Shown one piece after another: positions 54,698 to 64,000 of a stretch of 64,000 nt of DNA. How positions within the stretch are numbered: position 1 is the stretch's first letter; every line of letters starts with the position of its first letter. Source of the DNA: Fimicolochytrium jonesii. Lineage: Eukaryota. Under the pieces are notes generated by a model. It was given only the letters and a program-made list of their open reading frames with translations. It was not told the origin of the DNA and made no database searches. The position numbers were made by a program, and so were the translations under genes. The stretch spans positions 1,984,001-2,048,000 of the forward strand of contig NW_026515668.1 in NCBI RefSeq assembly GCF_025526975.1. The letters run 5' to 3'.

Positions 54698-56886
54698 CTA
54701 CTTCCCCACCGGCCCCGCGTCCCCTTCTAGATCTATCCCCACAGGCGCCTGCACGACAGTAGTCCACCCTTTTCGTCGATGTCCCTTCACATCCCACCTG
54801 CAGAGAAAAAGTAAGCCAGTCAGTCAGTCCCCCACTTCCTCACGGCCCCGGCCCCCCCAAAAAAACAAAACAGAAAACTCACAAACTCAACATCCTCTCC
54901 CCTTCCAAATTCCTCCTCTTCCCCTCCCCACTCCCATCCTTGTCAACCGCCCCATACACAGCCTGTGGGAGGAGTGTTTCGATCACCTTGTAGATGAATT
55001 CTGGTTTTTGTTCTGTTAATTGAGTGGTGATGCAGGGCTTGATGAAATCAAACTCGCAGTCGGGTGAACGTTGGTGGCGGAGTTCGACGTCGCCCGGCTG
55101 GTGCGTAACAAAACGAACCCAAATGTTCACAGACACATATCAATTGTGGAAGATCATACATCCATACACACACGACAGAGACGCACCTTCTCCTCCCTCC
55201 TCAAAATCAAACACGTCACTTTACTCCGTCTAAAATACCGTCCGGGGCCTCTCGCAATCTCATTATTGCGTTCGCGTTTGATCCACGCGAAATTCTCCAC
55301 GTAGCGGAAGCCCCATTTCCGCGTTGCGGTCGTGATGATGTGGGGTGTCAGCTCCTTTTCTGCCCAGATGAAGAGGAAACCCGTCGGTAGGAGGGCGGGG
55401 ATGGGGAGGGTGCTCTGTGGTGGGGGAGGGGGGTTCATCGTTCGAATCAGGGTTCCAAGCGCAACAGCCTCACACCCCAACTTACGAATTCCTCAACACT
55501 AATCTTCCCCGGCGTGGGTTCCTCCCCCGGCAACAAAAACGGGGGATCCATATGGATGACCTGGAACCTGTTTCCAAGCTGCTTGTAGTCGAACCCGAGG
55601 ATGTCGGGGTGTTCAAAGTACCTTTCAGAGCAAATATTCGATGAGGCTTCTTCCCGGGATGCATCTTAGTGCGAATTGAAGTTGCCTGAAGTGCTTACCT
55701 GCTGCCAGGCACGTCTACGACCGGCGGCACGTACGGAGCGATCAGCTTGACCCATGAGCGAGGGATGGGTGCTGGGGGGATACGGACGTATGTTGGCAGA
55801 GTTGGGTCGACCGTGCTGTCAATGCAATCGACAACACGTGTCAGCAACAGCTGTGAGAAACACCATGCCCTAGTACCCGTACACTCCTCGTCTCCAACTC
55901 ACCAAACCCGTTTCTTCATCACAAAGAAATTCCCATGCCGGTCCTGCATCTGCACCTGCATCACCTTGTACCGCGCAATCAGACTCTCCCTATCCACCGC
56001 TCGTGACCGCGATCCGCCGCCGCCGCCACCAGCACCGGCCACACGACGAACTGCTCTGCGCGCCGGTGCGCCAAACTCCTCGTCGTCCCAGAATTCGTCT
56101 TCCGACGCTATATGTTCCTCGCTGCCAAAAGAATAATGTGAGTCATTCCGATGCGGCCCAGCCATCAAGCCGAACGACAATCTGAACACAACTCACTCAA
56201 TCTCCCCACCCCACTCCTCATCTTCCCCCCCCTCAATCTCCATCCTCCACAGCTCCATATCATCCAGTTCCTCCACATCCACATTCATCGCCGCCTGGCG
56301 CACCGTGAACCCCGACGTGCGCTTGAACAGTTCCTCCAGCTGCTCCTGCGTGAAGGAGGTTGATGTCGAGTCCGTGTTTGTCGCGTGTAGTTGCATCTGG
56401 TGAATGTCGTCGGTGGTTAAGACGGGGGACGAGGTGCTCGTGGTCGGGTCGGTATCCATGGGCGTTGGAGCCGCGTCGGGGGTGGTGGTGGTAAGGGGAG
56501 TCGAGGAAGAGGAGGAAGGAACTTGCGGGGTCGTCGTTGAGACGGTTGAACTGGAGCCTTGGGCGGATAACTCCATCTGCATGCGTTCGAGCTCCTGGAA
56601 CTTTTGCATGATGGCTTCGACGGACTCGCCATCCTCTGCGTAGCCGACATACCAGGCGGAGCTGGGAGATGTGGAAGAATTCCAAAAGAGTCTGTTAGTG
56701 ACGTTGGAAATGGCCTCAAGGAGCCCAGACCGCCCCTCCAGTCGTCGGCGCCCCTCCTGTGCTTGGCCGCATGCCATCGGTAGTTCATCTCAACCATTCC
56801 CTCGCCCATTGTACATACCTGATATCAGCAGCAGCGGGGGCGGAAGTATAGCTCTTGCGCTTCCGAGTGCTTCTGCGGGACGACAT
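54698..56886 (-). CDS. MT-A70 family protein, MTA9/AMT6-7 type (subunit of the eukaryotic DNA 6mA methyltransferase complex), multi-exon
   Basis: VIHMDPPF (55548-55537), GFLFIWAEKE, WGFRYVENFAWIK, YFRRSKVTCLILRR, ELRHQRSPDCEFDF, KPEFIYKVIETLLP, RKGWTTV. Confidence 0.85.
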
Positions 56887-58002
56887 GGCGAAGGGACTAA
56901 AGACGGAGCACTGTTTCCTGGGTTTGTTCAAAAGGGCAAGTGGAGTGTTGGGTGGGAATAACACCAAATGCCTTGGGAACGGAAGTGAGGTTGTGTGCTG
57001 TGCGAAACGGGGAGGAAGGAGCAACGAGGGGAGACGCGCAGGCCGTGTCCGCCTGGCTGGACATGCACTGGTTCGCACAACTAGGGATGAATCCCAACCT
57101 TCGCTTATACATGTACGCCCGGCTTGGTAGGGACTGTACAGTACTCGAGAGAGTACTCTTCAAGCTCATTCGAGAACCTAATGCACTGGGGAGCGCTCTT
57201 CTGGTCGGTGCCAGGCGGATCGTCTTCCCATACATCTTCGCGCTTTAATTCTCCCTCGTTTTGGATGCGATGTACATACAGCCGCTGAATGCACACCCAA
57301 TCTCATTCCTTGGATCAGGTAGGCCACACTAATCCAGCATGGAACAGCCAAAGGTAATGAAACGCTAATGAAAGCGTTCTAGCGAGCGTTTAAGATCAGT
57401 GTGCGTCAAGTACCGCGTTCAACTGGAGACGTAACGCAGATCGTGTTCTCCAGATCCAGGCATTCGCCGATGTAATGGGCCCAACCAGGCATCCCCTGTG
57501 GTCTCCTACAGGAGACACCCAGGAGGTGGTGTGTTTGTTCACTTGGATCTCTCGACTCATGAACTAGGGTTCTCCTCCTCGCTTCTCTCCTCGCGCCTTA
57601 TGTAACGCGCGGCAAGAACGCGTTCCCTGTTTTCCTGACCTCCCAAAACTTAAAAACAAACCGGCGAACAGGCCAAGTACTGTATGTCGCAGGACTTCGA
57701 GGAGCCTTCGGGGTAGTCGCGGAGGATCTGCTTCCCCTGGTGGAAGATCTGATAATGGACATAGAGATGAGGACGAGGGAGAAGATGAGGAAGAAGACGA
57801 CAATATGGACGTTGACACCGGCGCACCAGGTAACTCTGCTGCTGCTGTCCCCAAAAGGATACGTACATACAGATAGCGCACTGAGATCCTACGGGTCATT
57901 TCCGTCACTCCACCGAGGCGCACACGGAAAAGACATCACGACCGGCGTACCCTTATCAAAACACATATACATATGTAAAGCTAAGCGAAGTACAAATCAG
58001 AA

Positions 58003-58674
58003 TCAGCGTTCCAATCGTTCTAAAGTCTCCGCAAACCCACGGATGCGTCCCGCGACATCGAGACCCTCCTCCCGCAGCTGCAACAATCGTTCCACACGTT
58101 TTGCCAGCTTCTCGTTAACTTGAACAGAGGTCCCGAGGCGATTGGAGTCGTCGCCTCGGTCGGACGACGTGGTTGCGTGTGCATCCTCAGACCCTCGCCA
58201 AACAATCTCAACTATGCCGTCGCATGCATCAAAGTCCACGTACATGCGGTAGTCTGCATTCACAAAGACTCCACCCTGACAGGCAAATCCATCCGCCTTG
58301 CTCTTCAGCTTGCCTGTATTGTCGGAGACTGGGAACCAGATTCCGTATGTGAATTTTGATTTATTGTTATCACGGTGGAATTTATTGGCAAAGTCATCCC
58401 ATGTCGCAGTGATGTTGCTGGCGAAGGAGTCGTCTGCAGCTAGGTCCCCAAACTCCACTTGTGAAATAGTAGGCACGCGTAGTTCCTTTGCCCGCTTTTT
58501 GATGCGGGACAAGATGTAAGGCGAAAGCTCATTGAGAAAGTAGATGTAATGCGCCTCGATCTTTGGTAACTCAGCTTGTAAGGCGGCCCACTTCTCCACG
58601 CTGACGGAATCCTTTTTTTTCGGTTGATAGAATGAGTGAGTGGGTAGGGCTGGGGGCGAGAATGCAGATCCCAT
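58003..58674 (-). CDS. TET/JBP-like 2OG-Fe(II) dioxygenase (fungal Tet-like clade); 5' end may be truncated
   Basis: FASNITAT.DDFANKFH100-R-D102, TYGIW, GGVF...DY...VDF...GIVEIVW, H166-AT, R179-LG: HxD...H facial triad plus the 2OG-binding Arg. Confidence 0.75.
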   Translation of the reverse strand: MGSAFSPPALPTHSFYQPKKKDSVSVEKWAALQAELPKIEAHYIYFLNELSPYILSRIKKRAKELRVPTISQVEFGDLAADDSFASNITATWDDFANKFHRDNNKSKFTYGIWFPVSDNTGKLKSKADGFACQGGVFVNADYRMYVDFDACDGIVEIVWRGSEDAHATTSSDRGDDSNRLGTSVQVNEKLAKRVERLLQLREEGLDVAGRIRGFAETLERLER

Positions 58675-58706
58675 TACCTTGAAGAGGACGGAAGTACTGT
58701 TAGGTG

Positions 58707-58748
58707 ATGCCTGCAGCGGTTATGCCTGCAGCTTTTATGCCTGCAGCC
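58707..58748. repeat. 3x tandem 15-bp-period repeat with core ATGCCTGCAGC
   Basis: ATGCCTGCAGCGGTT-ATGCCTGCAGCTTTT-ATGCCTGCAGCC, between the Tet-like ORF and the VPS17-like gene. Confidence 0.85.
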
Positions 58749-58882
58749 AGGGAGTCCGCGACTCGCGAGGCACTTGAATGTGAAAACACTGTTGGGAACA
58801 TTGTTTGTTTGTGCGGTAAGCGTGCGCCTTCGAGCAGTCGCAAACGCAAGTCTCGCAAGTGGCTCCGCGTTTGGTCCGCAAA

Positions 58883-60950
58883 ATGAGCAGCCATAAGATC
58901 AACAGCAACAGCGGCACGAGCACCCCACCGCGAGGACGACACTCAGGCTCTACACCAAACATCACCGTCCGGCCGCTGTCGGTCTCGCCACCACCAATAC
59001 GACGAGCCGACGGCGGCCGCGGCAAAGGATCGGACGCACAAGGGGGAGAGGGAGATCAAGATGGTGATGTCACCGTCAAGGTTGTTGAGGTTTCGGTGAC
59101 TAGCAAGGTCGCCGTGTACCATATTCAAGTTGAGGTGGGTGGTGATACAGGAATAACATGATGGCCTGCTGGAAAGGGTTTGGCCCGTTTGGGCGTGGCG
59201 CACTAGGTAGTGGGAAGGTTGTTGCACCAGGAACTTCACATCCCGACTACGATTTGTGGGCACGGTGTGCAAGAGGAAGCTTCTTGAATAACGTCGATGA
59301 AGGGTCGCTTACGCTTGATGTTTCATCTCCATGTCTATCACACCTAGACAACGCATCCATATTATGCACGCCCCAAATTCACTTGCACCCGACTGTCCGT
59401 GGAGATCGATCGGCTCTATGCCTACCTCACCAACACCTACCCACAATACATCCCTCACATCCCGCCGCCATCGTCACTATTATGGATGGAGTACGACGAT
59501 TACAAGTGGGCGGTCGACGAGAGAGAGAAGATAAGAACGAGGATGACGGAGTTTTTGCAGGGCTGTTTGGATGTCGGCTGCATGAGGGCGGATGATACTG
59601 TGAGATTGTTCTTGGAAAGTGATTTTGAGGTGAGTCGCAGACGGGAGTGTGCTTTGGTAGCGGTACGGCAAGGGGTCGGTTGTGGACCCGTCTAGTTAGT
59701 GAACAATGGCTCAAGCTCTGCCATCCCTGTGACTGCACGGTCTGTGGCAACGACGGGACTCTGTCTCCTTTGCTACCTACTTTATTGAGAATTGCAACTC
59801 TGCTGACCCATTTCATCTCCAGTTTGTCTCCCCAAATACCAACACAAACAAAAAACCGACAACTTCCTCGTCATCCTCACGCAGCCTCCGTCCATTCGGT
59901 GGCGGCGCGGTGAAGGAAGTCGACGTGTTCTTCGACAACGCTAAGGCCGCTGTCAGCGGAATGGAGGCGGCGCTGGCGGCCGTGGCGCGCACTGTCGAAA
60001 GGACGGGGCGAAATGGGAAGGGTATGTTAAGGCCAGGGCGCCAGAGTCAAGGGTTACTGAACGTCTCTGATGGAATGACACGTAGATCTGAGCAAGGCGT
60101 CCGGAGAGATCGGAACGCAGCTGACGGCCGCTGCATCTTCAAATGAGGACAGGGCGCTCGCCAGGTAAGCGGCGTTTGGAAGTAGATTCTATGCGCACAG
60201 GCTGCCCGGTACCCGTGATTAACTCCTGTAGAGCATTCAAATGCGTCGGCAAAGCTTTCCTCGTCCACGAGAGACTCCAATCCGATCACGTACGTTATGT
60301 CTCTATCTCATTTGTTTATGCACTCGTTGCGAAAGATTCGATCCGCTCACGATTCTTTCATCGCATTTCCGCAACAGGCGACCCTCCTCCTCCATCCGCA
60401 GACAGACGAATGGAAGCGGCTCACGCAGCAGACCAGTCAAGCGCAGCAGGCTTTGCAACATCGTCTTGACATCTTACAGGACTATGAGAACGCATGTAAA
60501 GCAACGCAAAAGAAGTTGGTAGCCATGGACAGGTTACGAGGCGCGAGTAAGATTGCGCAGGAGAAGGTTGATGTTTCTTTGAAGGACCTGACAGTGGTAT
60601 GATTTGTGAATGCGAAATTACTTGAGGGAGGTTCATTGAGGATCTGCATCACTCATGGTCTTTTCTGTACTGGAAACGATACTTCCTCAATGTAGACGAA
60701 GCAAGTCGAGCAAGAAATTCGTACACAGCTGCGATCAACCACCGACACACTAAAAGCTCGATTCCCCGCCTACGCCCAGCAGCAGGACCGCGAGATTGCG
60801 ATGAGAGTGGACGAACATGTCGCTCACCAAAAGAGAGCCGCCAAGAAGGTCCTGGATCTTTGGAAAGGCGCCCTAGCGGACTTGGGTGGTTCGGCGGGGA
60901 CACCGCTGGGTGGGTCGTCGGGAAACCTGGGGTCACCGTTGGTGAAGTGA
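58883..60950 (+). CDS. PX-BAR sorting nexin, Vps17/SNX5-6-like retromer subunit, multi-exon
   Basis: PX: TRLSVEIDRLYAYL...IPHIPPP...VRLFLESDF; BAR: KEVDVFFD, ALQHRLDILQDYENACKATQKK, SKIAQEKVD. Confidence 0.8.
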
Positions 60951-60954
60951 TAGT

Positions 60955-61366
60955 TTAGCAGCACATTACTTTTCCCCCGCGTCACTCCCTTCCCTCCCTT
61001 TGCGTCGCCATCCTCGTCATCCCCAACACGAGGCAGGTCGATATAAATCTTCACACTCTTCCCTCGTTTCGCGTCGCGGTCTGCAGAGTCGGCGTTTGGT
61101 CGTTTTGGTGGGTTGGTGGTGGAGGAGGAGGATGCTGAGCGGGGTGGCGGGAGAGCTGCGAATAGGTTTCAGGATGGTTGTGGTGGAAGTGCGTTCGTTT
61201 GGCGTGAGGATGGAGGAGGGAGGTTTGCGAAGAGGGAGGGTGGTGGTTTTGACGAGGATGGTTGCTGTTGTTGTTGTGGTAACTCAGGAGTGGGGATATA
61301 GCTGGCTTCTGACTCTGAGTCTGAGTCGGCTGAAGAGGAGCCGTAGTCTAGGGGGACGAGGGACAT
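60955..61366 (-). pseudogene. PRCC-like (proline-rich splicing/checkpoint protein) N-terminal fragment with in-frame TGA
   Basis: MSLVPLDYGSSSADSDSE...LFANLPPP...*NLFAALPPP...SVKIYIDLP; stop at 61171-61169; no PRCC C-terminal domain before VPS17. Confidence 0.55.
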
Positions 61367-61909
61367 GTTGACGAATGCTACCGCACAACAGCTCAGCGCT
61401 CACATACGTTTGCGCCGTTGCCAGGCAGCTGCTCAACTGTACCATCCCCCATCTTTGAACCCCCTGCGTTTTGTGAATATGGACACAGACCCCCAACAAT
61501 TGTAGTACATAATGTGCGCAAGAGGCTGTTCTTCGAAATTGTCTCATTACTTTCTTTATTGTTACAACAAAAACAAACAAAAACACTAATCCAAGGAAAC
61601 CTGAGCTTCATCATTGTGGAATCCCGCAAACTCCTCATCGCCCTCCTCCGCTGTAACTCCAGAACGGTTCCATTCCTGCACGGTAATGTTACGGTGGTTA
61701 ATGATGACCTTCCCTATGTCGCAGAGCACATACGTTTCCCTGGCGGCAGCAGTAAGCCGCTCAGTGTGATGGGGAAGGTGTCCGAAAATGCACGCGTCTC
61801 CTTGTTTTTGGCTACGCGTTCGTCCGATTGAATCTTCCTCGCCTCCTTCCCCTTCCCCAAGTAAAGACCCCTACGGAAAGGGCAAGTTCATACCTTCAAC
61901 CGACGCACG

Positions 61910-63954
61910 ATGATCAGCGCTGCTACTCCGGAACCGCTCCAGGAGGGCAGCAGCCCCTTTGCGGGAGCCAAAAGCCTCGGGTCAATTACGGAGGCCATGC
62001 CGCTGTTGGCCCCATCGGCCGAGGAGCTGTTGCCCTCAAAAGATGTCGCTGCTGGGACCGAAGCTGATTCGCCCGAGGATATGCAACTTACCCAAGTTCC
62101 GGGCGATACCGCTTCCGGCCCTCTTTCGCTGTTGAGAGAGGAACAGCTTTTGCAGCTGCGTGACTTTCAGGAAACTCGGGAGCTACTAAAAGATATGCAG
62201 AGGTGGGCTCTTGAACTCGCTTCTTGGTAGTTTTCGATCTACGAAAAGTGGACTGATGGTCTTTCTCAAGCAGCAAGCGCATGGGCCTGCAGTTTATACG
62301 TGAGCAGCTTGCCGAATCTTTGCAGAGGTACTGTGCTGAGCGCATCAACGTGAAGAAATTTCTGTGCCGCATCCCAACGTCTTCTTTTTCCAGCCGTGAA
62401 CTGGATGTATTGAGAACCTTAGGAAATATCACCGGCGACGGGGAGGAGGATGATCTGCGCGACATCCTGCAACATCTACAGGAGAACAGGGAGCACAGCA
62501 CTGAGCAAGTCCAGAATAACTCAGGTCCTGCCTCCGCTCGAAGTCCTGGAAGTGTTTCGCCTACCGCCGGGTACCCCTTTACACCCCTGGGGACCAATCG
62601 TGAGAGCATCGATGGGAGTGCATCACGCCAGCCCAAGCGACAGGAGTACGCATACACAAGGTTAGACTCCAAGCCCAGCTCCGTCCAAGCTGAAGAGCCC
62701 GACTCGAGAAGCGAATCTAGTAACCAAGTCTTGGGAGATTTCTCACCCTTCGAAAGAGAGCAAGCTGTCGAACAGCTTTCTCAGACTTCACCAGTGGATG
62801 ATCTGTACCTGAAGTCCGAGTTTAGCTTCATGGAGCAGCGCGAGGAGATTCAAAAGCTACAGCATCATCTGCTGATGCTTCAGGAGTATAAGAAGCTCCT
62901 CGAGGCGCAAAGCCAAGCGGTTGCTCAGAACGCGGCCAGGGGTCCGACAGCAATCTTCAATTCTACAGCAGCCGCATCTGAACGCACCAAAGCAAGTACA
63001 AACCCATTCAATGGCATGTTTGGCGGGGAGACAGAAAGGCAGCAGCCACCTCGAAGGGCAGTTAACACGGAGGATCTGATCGGACGTCTCGTTGATTGTT
63101 CAGTTCGCGAACGGTTGGAGCAGGCATCCACGGATGACAAGTTCAGGGAGTCGCTGCAACTAACGGTCCGGCCCGACGAACGCGGTCAGCAACAGCGAAA
63201 CGCGTCGCAGAATGTCTCCATCGGATATCAACCCTCTGTTGTCCGCAATACCGATGGAATGCGGGCGTTTGAAAACCAAAGCCGTGAAGATGCCGACCAC
63301 ATCGAACATGGGATGGAGGATCTGCTTTCCCAGATGGAAGTGATCAAACGAGCTGCCGCATTTGCTACCGGTGAGCAGAAGCAGCAGATGATTGCCCTTC
63401 TGGACCGTCTGCAGCATCAGATGAGTGAACTGCAGGCCGTGAAGGGCAAAGTCGACTTTCTGCGACAAGCTGTTGGGGATCAGATGCAAACTGGGGCTCT
63501 GCCCGCGATGGAGTATCCACGTATTCAGGCAGGGGCAGCACCTGAAACCGCGAAGCCGCAAGAAACTCATCAGCAGCCAGCATTCGCTTCGCGCAGCCTG
63601 AGTCTTCCCGGCATTGCGTCGATCCAAACTCGCACCCGTCAACAATTCAGAGAAAGCATCACTTCGCGAAGCCCTCCCCGCAGCACGTCGCCTGCCGGAA
63701 GGCAGACCCAGCGTTTGGCAGAACGACCTCAGAAAAGCACCAAACGCTCCTACCCGACCGGAAGCACCGCACGTCCAGAACATGAGACCGCAGCATGGGT
63801 CGAGAGCGCCAAAGTGGATGAGATTGATATTCGCACGATGATTGAGAAGAGGGCTGAGCGGCATTTGTCGAAGCGGCGTCAGAGCAATACTAAGCGAAGC
63901 AGGAATCTCGTGGACCGTGATGCTAGCAGATTGCAAGGGTGCGTACCACCGTGA
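61910..63954 (+). CDS. Unknown coiled-coil protein (may continue beyond the window)
   Basis: Exon 61910 to about 62202, then a 557-codon ORF with heptad segments (EQREEIQKLQHHLLMLQEYKKLLE; LLDRLQHQMSELQAVKGKVDFL). Confidence 0.7.
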
Positions 63955-64000
63955 AGCACGTGATCCCGGCTTTGCCAATCGATCCTTCCATCGCTTTCAT

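Overview
Gene-dense, intron-rich eukaryotic DNA with short GT-AG introns. Gene content (CEP78-like centriolar protein, copine, AFG2B/SPATA5L1, MTA9/AMT6-7-type MT-A70 protein, fungal Rrt8/EI24, Vps17 and C2H2 families) points to a zoosporic early-diverging fungus, probably a chytrid. About 27 genes or gene relics were reconstructed by hand across introns: AFG2B, RPS23, EAF7, a hidden 5-exon 66-aa membrane microprotein, copine, RPS29, DDX24/MAK5, GCFC2/PAXBP1, NEDD8, a C2H2 factor, a HORMA-like+Atos/FAM214 protein, CEP78, RPT1, PhoD, KU80, a SUMO-like-domain protein, a 2045-aa intronless PPR protein, p24, Rrt8/EI24, a broken vWA gene, MINDY DUB, MTA9-like MT-A70, a TET/JBP-like dioxygenase, VPS17-like, a PRCC-like relic and an unknown coiled-coil gene. 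The top lead is a TET/JBP-like 2OG-Fe(II) dioxygenase lying directly upstream of, and co-oriented with, a 6mA-writer-complex subunit (a possible writer/eraser locus or a TET-carrying transposon relic). Other leads are an Atg13-type HORMA domain on an Atos protein and recurrent sharp C-rich to G-rich skew switches. All family calls come from motif recognition, not database searches.
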